Source: an uncultured bacterium
GTDB lineage: Bacteria; Omnitrophota; Gorgyraeia; Ghiorseimicrobiales; Ghiorseimicrobiaceae
DNA length: 64,000 nt
Reading direction: 5' to 3'
NCBI GenBank assembly: GCA_913009335.1
Contig: CAJVXN010000005.1
Coordinates: 110-64,109, forward strand
In this document: positions 27,046-37,518 of the stretch, piece after piece
Position numbering within the stretch: the stretch's first letter is position 1
Layout: each line of letters opens with the position of its first letter
Notes under the pieces: model-generated
Databases searched by the model: none
Told to the model about the DNA's origin: nothing
Seen by the model: only the letters and a program-made list of their open reading frames with translations
Made by a program: the position numbers and the translations under genes

Positions 27046-27340
27046 GAAAAATCTATATTATGTAAGTGATAACGTAACCTTTAGAGGTTCATTTAAAATA
27101 GATGGTACGGCGCAAACTCCGGATGCCGGAAGTGCCAAAGTTCAGATCTGGAAAGTCGGAGAAACATCGGCCACGTTGGCTGAAACGGCCGCTAGCATAT
27201 CAGGTACACAGCTACGATATAAATATACTCCTTTAGTCGTAGGAACATTTACACTTTTCTTCTACGCTGAATATAATAGCGGCGCAGATAAGCGCACCGG
27301 AGTTATTGAATTTGTAGTAAGAAAGAAAGAGGCTCATTAA
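27035..27340 (+). CDS. hypothetical protein
   Basis: ATG 27035 overlapping HNH stop; about 100 aa. Confidence 0.4.
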   Translation: MPNRKNLYYVSDNVTFRGSFKIDGTAQTPDAGSAKVQIWKVGETSATLAETAASISGTQLRYKYTPLVVGTFTLFFYAEYNSGADKRTGVIEFVVRKKEAH

Positions 27341-27918
27341 TGACTAATGAAAGATCATTGGCTAATCTTAGATTGCCAAAAACTAAAAAAGATGGGCATG
27401 GTTATCAATACGCGTTGCCTCAGGAAAAAATAGATGAATTATTTACGTATCTGGCCGAAGGCAGTTCATTAAAAAAAGCTGCCAAGGAAGCCAAGATATG
27501 TTTTGAAACGGCAAGGAAATATTATCGTAAAGGCGATGAAAAAAGAGGCATCAAGCCGCTTATCTTTCGGTTAACTATATTCCAGGAAAAAATATCACAA
27601 AAATATAATATACTTCTTGAAGAAAGAAGAATTAAGATGTTATCTACTATCCGGGGAACAATCGACATTATAGAGGTTAATTCAAAAGAGAAGGAGTGTA
27701 AATGCTGTGAAGGAATAGGGACGCAAATCAATAAAGATGAAATAAAAATTGATTGTCCGGCATGTAAAGGAGAAGGTAAAAAAATAAGTAACTTAGTAAG
27801 TAAATCTAATTTGAGGGATTTGGATCGCTTAATGCGGTTAGAAGTATTTTTAATGGGCGGCGTTACACAGCCGGAAAAAGAAAAGAAAACATTAACAGCG
27901 GAAGAGATATCAGGTTAA
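27340..27918 (+). CDS. terminase small subunit (putative)
   Basis: position immediately upstream of large terminase; N-terminal HTH-like SLKKAAKEAKICFETARKYY; C-terminal CxxC...CxxC. Confidence 0.45.
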   Translation: MTNERSLANLRLPKTKKDGHGYQYALPQEKIDELFTYLAEGSSLKKAAKEAKICFETARKYYRKGDEKRGIKPLIFRLTIFQEKISQKYNILLEERRIKMLSTIRGTIDIIEVNSKEKECKCCEGIGTQINKDEIKIDCPACKGEGKKISNLVSKSNLRDLDRLMRLEVFLMGGVTQPEKEKKTLTAEEISG

Positions 27919-27928
27919 GGAGTATCTT

Positions 27929-29518
27929 GTGGTAGAAATAATTATAAAAAAAGAAGAAAGAATTGATTGGCAAAAGGAAATTGCCAAAAGATCTATATCT
28001 GACGCGAAGCAATGGCAGATAAAAGAATATCGCCGCTGCGCCGAAGATAAAGAATATTGGTTTAATAATTATGTATGGGTAATTAATACTAATATAAAAA
28101 CAGGCGATGCGATAATCCCTTTTAAACTTTGGCTCCACCAAATAAAATTGTTAAAGCAACTCGATAAATATATGGATTTGTTTATCGATAAAGCAAGAAA
28201 GCTAGGCATATCTTGGTGTGTTATGGGATGGGAACTTCATCAGGTACTTTATACTAAGGTATTTACTGCGTTAAATATCTCCCGTAAAGAATCAGAAGTC
28301 CAAGATCCGGGAAATACTTTTCATTCTTTGCATGGCCGCCTTCATTTCATGTATAAGAGATTGCCGCCTTTTTTACAACCTAGAATACACAATCCGTTTC
28401 TTACATTTTCTGTTCCATCTATGAATTCAATAATAAGAGGCGAATCAGCTAATCGTAACGCGGGCCGTGATACACAGTATAAATTTGTACTTATAGATGA
28501 AGCGGCGCACGTAGAGTGTTTAGACGAGATGTTCAAAGGTGTAAGAAATGCTACAAACGCGATGTGCCTTAATTCCACTCCGCCTAAAGAGAGCGTGAAT
28601 AATAAATTCGCTGAAATAAAAGATATGAAGAATTCAGGATTTATTAAAATGAGATTCAAATGGAATGAAAATCCTGAACATACACAGGAATGGTTTAATA
28701 AAAAAACCGCATCGATGACAGAAGAAGAAATCGCGCAAGAATTATTGATAGGATATGATAAAGCGATGACGAATAGGTCATATCCAGAGTACGCTGATGC
28801 TCAACATCTTTTAGGGCATAAAGTTTATCTTAATCCTAAATCAAAATTGTATGCTTTTATGGATTTCGGCCTTGACGGCGAAGGATGGATTTTCGCGCAA
28901 AAAGATTTTCAGGATAGGTTATTCTGTATTTATTACGAAATATTTAAAAATAAATTAACTCCGGAGCTTTATGCTGAATTTATAAAAAGCCTTGATGCGA
29001 TAGGTTATACTGGGTTGATAAGCGACATTGTTTTTATTGGTGATAAATCCGGCAACAAAAGAAGCCGGTTGACTAAGACAAGTGTGATAGATGATTGGAA
29101 GAAAGTATCAAATGGCGAGATTGTAATCCACACAAGGGAATTATCCAATGATGAAAAAATGCGGTGTGTAAAAATGTGTTTTAAGAAATACATTAATGGC
29201 CGGCCGCAATTTAATATATCAAATTCTCCGACATGTCTTGAATTGGCCAAATGCATAAAGAACGTTACATTGAATAAGACCGGAGCGGATCATATAGATA
29301 ATAAGCATACGCATGCTGTAAATATGTTAGAATATGGAATAAATTATATATTCCCAAAAACCAAAGCGGCAGGGATCCTTGTAGAATTGAATCCAGGAGA
29401 TGAAGTAAAAGATAATGATGGAAAAACAATCGGTAAAGTATCTAATACTGTACGCGCGGCTTCTGCTTCTGCCGCGATAGGATCTCATAGAATAGAAAGG
29501 ATTAGTTTATATGCTTAA
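27929..29518 (+). CDS. terminase large subunit
   Basis: size 529 aa, ATPase Walker B FVLIDEAAHVE, C-terminal nuclease-like acidic residues, synteny. Confidence 0.75.
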   Translation: MVEIIIKKEERIDWQKEIAKRSISDAKQWQIKEYRRCAEDKEYWFNNYVWVINTNIKTGDAIIPFKLWLHQIKLLKQLDKYMDLFIDKARKLGISWCVMGWELHQVLYTKVFTALNISRKESEVQDPGNTFHSLHGRLHFMYKRLPPFLQPRIHNPFLTFSVPSMNSIIRGESANRNAGRDTQYKFVLIDEAAHVECLDEMFKGVRNATNAMCLNSTPPKESVNNKFAEIKDMKNSGFIKMRFKWNENPEHTQEWFNKKTASMTEEEIAQELLIGYDKAMTNRSYPEYADAQHLLGHKVYLNPKSKLYAFMDFGLDGEGWIFAQKDFQDRLFCIYYEIFKNKLTPELYAEFIKSLDAIGYTGLISDIVFIGDKSGNKRSRLTKTSVIDDWKKVSNGEIVIHTRELSNDEKMRCVKMCFKKYINGRPQFNISNSPTCLELAKCIKNVTLNKTGADHIDNKHTHAVNMLEYGINYIFPKTKAAGILVELNPGDEVKDNDGKTIGKVSNTVRAASASAAIGSHRIERISLYA

Positions 29519-30899
29519 AAAAAGTAAGAAATTAAAAGAGTCCAGTTCTATTGAATTGGCAGGAGATAAAGTTATTTCTTTTAAAGAAAGAGAAAAAAGA
29601 TCAATAGAATTAAAGAATCGCATAGCCGAATCATATCCTATGGTAGGCGGCGCGTCTGATGATAATTTATGGCGATCACTGAATCAATTAACAAATCGTG
29701 ATTTATATACTCTCACGCAAAAAAGGATGCAGGATATAGCATTTTTTCTTTATGATTCAAATCCTATGGCTAAAAGGATTTTAGAGATTATGCGTGATTT
29801 TGTAGTAGGCGATGGTTTTAAATATTCAGTTGTAGATCCCGGGGTTAAAGAAGTTATTGATAATTTCTGGAATGATCCAGATAATAATTTAGATGAAGAA
29901 TTAGATACAAATGTTTTAGAATTGGGAATATTTGGAGAACTATGTCTTCCTACGTGGGTTAATGGGGCAGACGGATCCGTGAAATTAGGATATATTGATC
30001 CTGTTACTATATTAAGAGTATTCAAGGATAAATCAAATCCTAAGATACATCGTAAATTAAGATGGAAAAAACCGAAAAGTCCTAAAGAAATAGATTTAGA
30101 TATTATAAATATAGACAAAAGAATAACATCGAAAACGGAAGGTAAATTAATAGGAGAATGTTTTTTCTTTGCTATTAATAAGGTAAGCGGCGCTACTCGC
30201 GGAAGAAGCGATTTATTAAGTTTGGCTGATTGGTTAGATGGGCATGATCAATTTCTTTTTGCCCGATTAGAAAGAGCATTTTTAATAAACACATTCATCT
30301 GGGATATTACCTGTGAAGATATGAATGAAAAAGAATTAAAAGAATTTGTTAAAGGTTTAACACTACCAAAATCAGGATCAATAAGAGCGCATAATCAAAA
30401 GATAAAATGGGAAGCTATAGTTCCTAAATTAGAATCTGACGATGCCTCAAATGAAGCAAGACTATTTAAAAATCAGATATTAGGCGGAGCTGGCTATCCG
30501 GAACATTGGTTTTCAGAGGGAGGTAAGACTACGAGGGCTACGGCCCTAGAGATGGGGCTTCCTACTCTTAAAAAATTAAAATCACGCCAAAGGAAATTCA
30601 TTGGTTTTTTAAAAAGGATACTTAATTATGTTATAGACCAGGCAATAATTGCCGGAACATTAAAAGAAGGTGTAAATCGTGAATTTAAAATTATCCCTAC
30701 ACCTATTGTTTCGAGGGATAATAAAGGCGTATCAGAAGCGATGTCTGGATTAGTTTCCGGTTTAGTTCTAGCAAAAGAACAAGGATGGATTACTGACAAA
30801 AAAGCAAAAGTGGTTCTCAATGCCGTACTTTCTCAATTAGGCGTTGAAATGGAAGCTGATGAAGAAGAAAAGAAGGAGGAGAAACAAAATGAAGAATAG
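29511..30899 (+). CDS. portal protein (putative)
   Basis: 462 aa directly after terminase, acidic C-terminus EEEKKEEKQNEE; synteny-based. Confidence 0.55.
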   Translation: MLKKSKKLKESSSIELAGDKVISFKEREKRSIELKNRIAESYPMVGGASDDNLWRSLNQLTNRDLYTLTQKRMQDIAFFLYDSNPMAKRILEIMRDFVVGDGFKYSVVDPGVKEVIDNFWNDPDNNLDEELDTNVLELGIFGELCLPTWVNGADGSVKLGYIDPVTILRVFKDKSNPKIHRKLRWKKPKSPKEIDLDIINIDKRITSKTEGKLIGECFFFAINKVSGATRGRSDLLSLADWLDGHDQFLFARLERAFLINTFIWDITCEDMNEKELKEFVKGLTLPKSGSIRAHNQKIKWEAIVPKLESDDASNEARLFKNQILGGAGYPEHWFSEGGKTTRATALEMGLPTLKKLKSRQRKFIGFLKRILNYVIDQAIIAGTLKEGVNREFKIIPTPIVSRDNKGVSEAMSGLVSGLVLAKEQGWITDKKAKVVLNAVLSQLGVEMEADEEEKKEEKQNEE

Positions 30900-32094
30900 T
30901 TTAAAATTTATCGCTGAATCAAAAGATAATTTAAAATTACTTAATGAGTTAGACTCAATTATAAATACTAAGGAATCAAAGGATGTAGAAGAATTAAATA
31001 GTTTGTTCAATAAAACAATGTATAAAGTAATTAAAGCAGGAATAAAGAGTATTGATTTTGATAAATTATCTGCTTCTGCGAAAAATTTATTAGTGGGTTT
31101 TATCTCGGGCCTTAAGCCTAAAGAAGATGTTAATGCTAAAGAAATTTTAAATAAAATTCTTAGTAGTTACGCGTCTAAAAGGCGCGGAGAAGAAATCAGT
31201 GAAACATTTGATCAAATAAGACAATCATTTAAGGATTGTGTTAAAAAAATGATTGAATCAGGAGATACCGATTTTCAACCTGATAATCTTTCTCCATTTG
31301 CAAAAGAGTTGTTTGATAAATATACAGAATATAAATATCTTGCTTCTCAACCCAATGGAGATACTCAAGCATTTTCAACATTGAAAAAATTAAAAGACAG
31401 TAAAATAGAATATAAAGAATGCAAACTTCTAATAGTGATGAAGGAATCTGAAAAGAAAATTGGGAATTTTGGATATCATCATCAATGGTTTAAAGGAAAG
31501 GGATCAGAAGGAAAGAGTATTGAACAGTTTATTTTGTCAACTGATTTGAATATGGATTTGTATCTTGACAAAAATATCTTAGAAGAATCTTTTAAGGAGT
31601 CCAGTTTTTATATTAGGCCTTCAAAAGATAATGTATATAGAATAAGTGAGAGCGTAATGTTCATGTCTCCTAATTCTGAATTCAATATTACATCTATGCC
31701 TTCATGGATAAAAAGCTTGGATAAAGGTAAGATATCCATATTAGAAAGTACAGAATTAGAGAAAAGAATAGAGTTGCATGGAGATAGCATAAGCGGAGTA
31801 TTTATTGCAAAACGTAAAGACGAGAATAGCGACTTCTGGAATTTGATAAAAGAAGCTAAACATTCTCATGATAAATGCATGGAATGTTCTAATTCTCCAA
31901 CTAAAGAAATATTATGGGCCGAAGGTAAAGCTCATGCTTGGTTTTGTAATGAACATCTTGAATCTTGGAAAAAAGAAAAAGACGGATGGCATGAAATTGA
32001 TGCAATGAAGGAAATACAAAATGGGGTGGCTGCTAGTAAATTTGCGGAGAATTCTAATCCTAATATAAAAGATAGTATTTTTAATGAAAAATAA
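30889..32094 (+). CDS. hypothetical protein (head morphogenesis region), C-terminal Cys/His cluster
   Basis: ATG 30889 after AAGGAGGAG; HDKCMECSN...WFCNEH. Confidence 0.4.
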   Translation: MKNSLKFIAESKDNLKLLNELDSIINTKESKDVEELNSLFNKTMYKVIKAGIKSIDFDKLSASAKNLLVGFISGLKPKEDVNAKEILNKILSSYASKRRGEEISETFDQIRQSFKDCVKKMIESGDTDFQPDNLSPFAKELFDKYTEYKYLASQPNGDTQAFSTLKKLKDSKIEYKECKLLIVMKESEKKIGNFGYHHQWFKGKGSEGKSIEQFILSTDLNMDLYLDKNILEESFKESSFYIRPSKDNVYRISESVMFMSPNSEFNITSMPSWIKSLDKGKISILESTELEKRIELHGDSISGVFIAKRKDENSDFWNLIKEAKHSHDKCMECSNSPTKEILWAEGKAHAWFCNEHLESWKKEKDGWHEIDAMKEIQNGVAASKFAENSNPNIKDSIFNEK

Positions 32095-32103
32095 AAAAAT
32101 ACT

Positions 32104-32160
32104 TGACAAACTATCTTTTTTCAGGCTATACTTTAAATAGTTATCCACAGGTTATCCACA
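32104..32160 (+). promoter_or_regulatory. promoter (TTGACA-17-TATACT) followed immediately by two consensus DnaA boxes
   Basis: acttgacaaactatcttttttcaggctatactttaaatagTTATCCACAggTTATCCACAgg; the same 22-bp box pair occurs at 10717-10738. Confidence 0.4.
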
Positions 32161-32246
32161 GGAATATTATACCATTTGAACCGGCAACATCCGGAAAATA
32201 GCAATAAGTTGATTAAGTAAGTAAGAATTGCCGGAGAAATGATATA

Positions 32247-34850
32247 ATGAAGTTTCTGCAAAACACTATCGCATCATTTTTAGAAAGCACATCTTCCGGA
32301 AATAGATGGAAGGTGATGATAATTGAAGAAGGCCTTTCTAAAAACGGTAAATTCTACACGAAAGAAGCCCTCCAGAAATCAATTCCTCTTTTTGAAAAAT
32401 CAAAAGTTTGTTTCTATGAATGGAAAGGTAAACAATTCGATCATATTCCATTATCAATAGAAAAAATGCGCCCGGAAGGATTCCCGCTGCAGACAGCAGG
32501 ATGGCTCGATAATGTTAAATTCGAAACCATTAAAGTTGAAGGCCGGGAAGTTACCGGCCTTACAGGAAGCCTGCATTTATTGGAGAATGACAAGGTTAAA
32601 CAATTAAAAGATACTCTTGTCAACGCATGGCAGAAGGGATTGAAGAATTTTCTGGGTTTATCAATAAACGCGGAAGGCCCATCGAGTGTGCGGATGTTAA
32701 ACGGCCAACCGATATCTGTAGTATCAGGTATAACGAAAGTATTTAGTACGGATTTTGTAACTCAACCCGCAGCCGGCGGGGGGTTACTTAAATTAATTGA
32801 AAGCTTAAACAACACAGGAGGGGAAGAAAAAATGTTTAAGAAGTTATTGGAAGCATTAAAGTTGTACAATCCAAAAATAATGGAAAGCATTGATGTTAAT
32901 AACATCACAGCAGAAGAAGTATTGAGCCTCTTTGAATCAGTTCTTAAAGAAGCCAAAGAAAAGAATTCTGATAAGGTAAAAGAAATCGAAGCCATAGTTG
33001 GCAAGATGAAAGATAAGAAATACGAAGAGGCAGAAACATTAATTAACTCCTTAGTTAAAACAAAAGAAGGCAAAAAAGAACTTTCAGATTCTGATTTGCT
33101 TGCGGCAAAAGAAGCTGAATTGAATCCTAAACAGCTTAAGAAAAAGAAAGAGCTTGAAAAAGCAAAAGCCGACGCTAAAGAAGCTGAAGAAACAGCTGCC
33201 AAAACAAAGAAAGAAGCCGAGGATCTTAAAAATAAAGATTTAGAAGGCAAAATGGCCGCTTTAGATAAGAAAATCAAGCAGAGAGAATGCAAGGATATGC
33301 TTGATTTAGCTCTTGATGAAAGTAAATTGCCTATGGCAATTCAAAATAAAATACGTAAGACATTCGCGAGTAAAGTCTTTGAATCAAAAGACTTAAAAGA
33401 ATCGATTGATCTTGAAAGATCAACATTGGCTAAATTAATTGAAAGTGGAAGCCATATTGATTTAGGCGGAGACGGCGGAGGCGGTGTATTTATCCAAAGA
33501 GAACCTGTTACGAGATTACAGGCGTCTCTTGATTTGACTCTTGGTTTCAAGCCGGAAGATATCGATGGGGATAATTATAAAGACATAGATGCCTTCGGTT
33601 CTTTAAGGGAAGCGTATGTCGCGTATACTGATGATCCGGGAATCAGCGGACAATTAGGGACCAAGGCAGTCGCAAGATTGCAGGAAGCCACAGAAGCAAA
33701 CTTTTCTTACGCATTAGGTTATTCGATGCAGAGAAGAATGCTTCCTGATTACAAGAAGCTTGATCCTCTATGGAAAAAAATAGCTATATCAGTTCCGATT
33801 AAGGATTTCAAATTACAGGAAAGAATCAGATGGGGCGGTTTTGGAGTATTGCCGACAGTCCAGAATGCAAGGACAGTTGCCGGAACGCCTATTGATTCTG
33901 CTACTCCTACTTATCCTGAACTTGGATTCCCGACTGACCAGGAAGCCACCTATGCGGTTGGCACCAAGGGCGGTATCGTTACCGTAACTCGTAGGATGAT
34001 AATTGATGATGATTTGAAGGTTCTTACGAAAATTCCCGGGAAGATAGGTAAAGCCGCGGCTATGACATTGAATCAGTTCGCGTTTGATTTGATGTTAAGT
34101 TATAATTCCTCTGGAATTAATGCGGCTACGATTTATGATAGTATAGCTCTTTATGCGACAGCGCATAAAAATAAAAGAACAGGCTCATTAGGATATGATA
34201 ACCTTTCTACTCTACTTGACGATATGTACAATCAGGCAGAGCTTGGATATAAAAGTGATAGCACTAATGATCCGTTAGCATCCGGAGGGACTACTCTTAA
34301 TGTTACAGCCGGAACTGGCCAGTATTTTAAAGCCGGTGATTTAATATGGCTGGCTGGTGAAATATGTAGAGTAGACAGCGTTTCAACCGACGCTTTAACA
34401 ATAGCAAGAGGAGTATTTGGAACTACCGCAGCACAGCACGCAATAGGCACTGATGTATGGAAGATTAGTCAGATTTTAGCGTTACAGAATCCTAATCTTT
34501 GGGTGCCTCGCAGCTTGCGCGGAACAGCTTTACAGCTGAAAAATTCTGAATTTAATCCTGAACAGTTGGAAAGAGCAGTCAACACAATAAGAGATTCATT
34601 TGAAGTAACGGATGCTACTCCGTATTTAAGAGGCGATGAAAATAACTATTATCTGTCAGCGCAGCCAGGCGACGTTGAAGGTATCGAAATAGGATTCCTA
34701 AACGGAAAAGAAGATCCAGAGTTATTAGTTCAGGATCAACCTACAGTCGGCAATGTGTTTGTGTATGATACGATTAGATATAAGGTGCGTCATGAGTACG
34801 GCGGTGCGGTTGTTGATTATCGCGCCTTTGCAGCTTCAATAGTAGCTTAA
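32247..34850 (+). CDS. major capsid protein with N-terminal protease-like and coiled-coil scaffold-like extension (putative fusion)
   Basis: 867 aa; central KE-rich coiled-coil (KKKELEKAKADAKEAEETAAKTKKEAEDLK); position between portal and tail genes; C-terminal about 450 aa of capsid size. Confidence 0.5.
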   Translation: MKFLQNTIASFLESTSSGNRWKVMIIEEGLSKNGKFYTKEALQKSIPLFEKSKVCFYEWKGKQFDHIPLSIEKMRPEGFPLQTAGWLDNVKFETIKVEGREVTGLTGSLHLLENDKVKQLKDTLVNAWQKGLKNFLGLSINAEGPSSVRMLNGQPISVVSGITKVFSTDFVTQPAAGGGLLKLIESLNNTGGEEKMFKKLLEALKLYNPKIMESIDVNNITAEEVLSLFESVLKEAKEKNSDKVKEIEAIVGKMKDKKYEEAETLINSLVKTKEGKKELSDSDLLAAKEAELNPKQLKKKKELEKAKADAKEAEETAAKTKKEAEDLKNKDLEGKMAALDKKIKQRECKDMLDLALDESKLPMAIQNKIRKTFASKVFESKDLKESIDLERSTLAKLIESGSHIDLGGDGGGGVFIQREPVTRLQASLDLTLGFKPEDIDGDNYKDIDAFGSLREAYVAYTDDPGISGQLGTKAVARLQEATEANFSYALGYSMQRRMLPDYKKLDPLWKKIAISVPIKDFKLQERIRWGGFGVLPTVQNARTVAGTPIDSATPTYPELGFPTDQEATYAVGTKGGIVTVTRRMIIDDDLKVLTKIPGKIGKAAAMTLNQFAFDLMLSYNSSGINAATIYDSIALYATAHKNKRTGSLGYDNLSTLLDDMYNQAELGYKSDSTNDPLASGGTTLNVTAGTGQYFKAGDLIWLAGEICRVDSVSTDALTIARGVFGTTAAQHAIGTDVWKISQILALQNPNLWVPRSLRGTALQLKNSEFNPEQLERAVNTIRDSFEVTDATPYLRGDENNYYLSAQPGDVEGIEIGFLNGKEDPELLVQDQPTVGNVFVYDTIRYKVRHEYGGAVVDYRAFAASIVA

Positions 34851-34935
34851 CCCAATTAATGGCGATGGCCGGGTAGCCTGCCCGCTGCCCGGTACAGCTT
34901 TTAAGCTGGAAAATGCTTAATATTAAGGAGGAAAC

Positions 34936-35286
34936 ATGGCTAAAAGATCTAGATTAAAATATGTTTTTGCAGAACAAAGAGGTACTGCTTATTCAGTATC
35001 AGCCGATACGACATTGACTACTGCTAACATAAATTCCGACGGTTATAGTTTTATTAAAATAAGCGGTGCGTTTACGCTTACTTTACCAGCGGCAGAAGAT
35101 GTATTAAAAGGTACTAGACTTATTGTCTTTGGAGATAATGCGAATTCCAAAGTAGCTGTAGTCGCGGGATTTGGCGGCGGCGGCGGAAGTTATGATACTG
35201 TAACAATAGGGGCCTATTGCGCTATACGCTTTTGGTGCGATGGATCTCAATGGTATGCTTTATCTGAAAGCGTATCCGCTTCTTAA
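34936..35286 (+). CDS. head decoration-like protein, paralog 1
   Basis: MAKRSRLKYVFAEQRG...GFGGGGGSYDTV...WCDGSQWYALSE; paralog of next gene including its leader. Confidence 0.5.
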   Translation: MAKRSRLKYVFAEQRGTAYSVSADTTLTTANINSDGYSFIKISGAFTLTLPAAEDVLKGTRLIVFGDNANSKVAVVAGFGGGGGSYDTVTIGAYCAIRFWCDGSQWYALSESVSAS

Positions 35287-35348
35287 TGGCTATAGCTTTT
35301 AAGTTATGCTATTAAGCTGAAAAATGCTTAATATTAAGGGGGATGTAA

Positions 35349-35888
35349 ATGGCTAAAAGAATAAGATTTAAATACTTTCTCGCTCAACAGCGAGGAGGAA
35401 CTTCGTTAGATAAGTCCGCTGATTATACGCTTACCGAAAATGATATCCTGCAATTAGGATATTCTTTTATTAAATTAGATACTAATGCTAAATTAACTTT
35501 GCCAGCTGTTACATCTGCGTTAAAAGGCATTAGTATTTATGTGCATTGTACGGATAGAGGATATGTGGAATGTACTCCCGGATTTGGCGGCGGCGGCGGA
35601 AGTTATGATACTGTAAATTTATATCAGTACGATACTGTTGAATTTTGGTGCGACGGAACTTATTGGTACGCGTTATCAGAGAATGTAACTGCGGCTGGAT
35701 CTTCTTCTTCTTCAAGTTCAAGCAGTTCAAATAATTCATCAAGTTCATCAAGCCGTAGTTCAAGTTCATCAAGCCGTAGTTCTTCTAGTTCAAGCAGATC
35801 AAGCTCTTCTAGTTCAAGCAGTTCGAACTCCAGCTCTTCTAGCAGTTCAAGCAGCTTAAGCAGTTCATCTAGCTCAAGCACTAAGTAA
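35349..35888 (+). CDS. head decoration-like protein, paralog 2, with about 50-aa poly-Ser C-terminal tail ending STK
   Basis: MAKRIRFKYFLAQQRG...GFGGGGGSYDTV...WCDGTYWYALSE then SSSSSSSSSNNSSSSSSRSSSSSS...STK. Confidence 0.5.
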   Translation: MAKRIRFKYFLAQQRGGTSLDKSADYTLTENDILQLGYSFIKLDTNAKLTLPAVTSALKGISIYVHCTDRGYVECTPGFGGGGGSYDTVNLYQYDTVEFWCDGTYWYALSENVTAAGSSSSSSSSSSNNSSSSSSRSSSSSSRSSSSSSRSSSSSSSSSNSSSSSSSSSLSSSSSSSTK

Positions 35889-35898
35889 GGAGTAAAGA

Positions 35899-36213
35899 AT
35901 GGCAAATCCTACATATAGATGTCCATGGAAACAAAACGCGGGAATTGGAATAACTTGCGAGAATGTAGATTGTGGCGGATATAATTTTAGAAAAGAAGAT
36001 TGCAATTTAATTATGGCCGCCCGCAAGAGCGTAAGAATGTCCGGAGCTCCTGCAAGAGATAGTATAGTAGATGGTGTAACTGATTATTCTAGTTCATCAA
36101 GTTCATATTCATCCAGTTCAAGTTCGTCTAGTTCCATATCATCTTCGTCAAGCTCAAGTTCTAAATCAACATCTTCTTCTAGCTCGAGTTCATCCAGCTC
36201 AAGCACGAAGTAG
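35899..36213 (+). CDS. small virion-module protein with poly-Ser C-terminal tail ending STK
   Basis: 104 aa; Cys-rich N-terminus; SSSSSSYSSSSSSSSSISSSSSSSSKSTSSSSSSSSSSSTK. Confidence 0.45.
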   Translation: MANPTYRCPWKQNAGIGITCENVDCGGYNFRKEDCNLIMAARKSVRMSGAPARDSIVDGVTDYSSSSSSYSSSSSSSSSISSSSSSSSKSTSSSSSSSSSSSTK

Positions 36214-36224
36214 CGGAGGCAGCA

Positions 36225-36947
36225 ATGGAAATGACGAAAGAAGACTATTTAACTAGGATAGATACTATGTTACAGGATGAAGCAGAAAAATTACAGCCTG
36301 ATGATAAGGATAGGTTCTTATCTCAGGCTGTTTCTATGTATTCAAAAGATAGGCCCCGGGAATTGATACATGAAATAACCGGAGATGCATCGGCTTATGA
36401 TTTTAGCTTACCATCTGATTGGGTAGCTGGATTTTCAGGGCTTGTTAGCCGAGTGGAATATCCCGCTGATGATTATCAAAATCCTATATATATTGAAGAA
36501 GATGAATGGGATTTTTTTAAAAAATTAGTTAACGATGTAACTACTACTTATTTTCGATTCACTACGTTTACACCGGCGAACGGTAAAATAGCAAGGTTTT
36601 TATATACAGTTCCTCATACTTTAAATGAGAGTACAAATACCATTACAGATAATGATATAGACGCAGTTGTAAATTTAACTGCTGCTCTTTGTTTTTGGGC
36701 TCTTGCGGCAAAATTCGCGCAGACGATAGATCCTGTAATCGACGCTGATGTTATTGATTATCAGCGTAAAACTGACCTCTATACATCATTAGCCAAAGAT
36801 AAATTGGCTATATACAATTCCTTAATGGGAATAGGTGAAGAGGCAAAAGGCAGCGCGGCGGCCACCGCCGGCGTTGCGGTTAAGGATCTAGATATTGCTT
36901 TTCCCTGGGGTGAAGATTATCTTACACATCCCATGAGGCAGCGCTAA
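36225..36947 (+). CDS. hypothetical virion protein (head-tail joining region)
   Basis: 240-aa ORF by synteny. Confidence 0.45.
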   Translation: MEMTKEDYLTRIDTMLQDEAEKLQPDDKDRFLSQAVSMYSKDRPRELIHEITGDASAYDFSLPSDWVAGFSGLVSRVEYPADDYQNPIYIEEDEWDFFKKLVNDVTTTYFRFTTFTPANGKIARFLYTVPHTLNESTNTITDNDIDAVVNLTAALCFWALAAKFAQTIDPVIDADVIDYQRKTDLYTSLAKDKLAIYNSLMGIGEEAKGSAAATAGVAVKDLDIAFPWGEDYLTHPMRQR

Positions 36948-37039
36948 CCTTCCCCAAAGCAAAGATATAGAGGATAAGGCGGAGATAAGGACATACCAAA
37001 TAGTGCGATGTACAAGTCTACTCTCTCCTTATAAAAATA

Positions 37040-37498
37040 ATGTCCTTAAGCACAATTAGAGCCAAAATTAAAACTGAAATAAAAACAGTTATTACTTCCA
37101 GCGTTGGAACTGTTTATGATTATAAAAGATTTTGCAATGATTTAGTTACTTATAATACTTTATTTGTACGCGGAAAAAAAGTAAATACGTGGGAAATAGA
37201 AAGAGAATCTTTTTCACGCATAGAACATGGAGGTGCAGGTGGTGTAGAAAAAATTACTCATAATTTTATAATACGCGGTTTTTACGCGCTTGATGACTCA
37301 GTTGGCAGCGATAAAATATTTCAAGATGATTATGTAGAACCGATAGGCAGACTTTTTATGAATAACCCGACACTTGACGGCGTTTGCGATATAATAAATC
37401 TTCCTCTTACAGGGGCTATAACAATGAAGATGTTAGGCGCCGTTTTATGTCATAGTTGTGAAATCAAACTAGCAATAACAGAAAGAAGAATTTTTTAA
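37040..37498 (+). CDS. hypothetical virion protein (head-tail joining region)
   Basis: 152-aa ORF by synteny. Confidence 0.45.
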   Translation: MSLSTIRAKIKTEIKTVITSSVGTVYDYKRFCNDLVTYNTLFVRGKKVNTWEIERESFSRIEHGGAGGVEKITHNFIIRGFYALDDSVGSDKIFQDDYVEPIGRLFMNNPTLDGVCDIINLPLTGAITMKMLGAVLCHSCEIKLAITERRIF

Positions 37499-37518
37499 CT
37501 AGAAAGGAGTTTTAAATC

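Noticed and set aside
32762-33292. Minus-strand ORF 32762..33292 (176 aa, Ser/Ala/Phe-rich) inside the capsid gene
   Set aside because: It is antisense to the KE-rich coiled-coil coding region and has a low-complexity translation typical of the reverse frame. There is no RBS.
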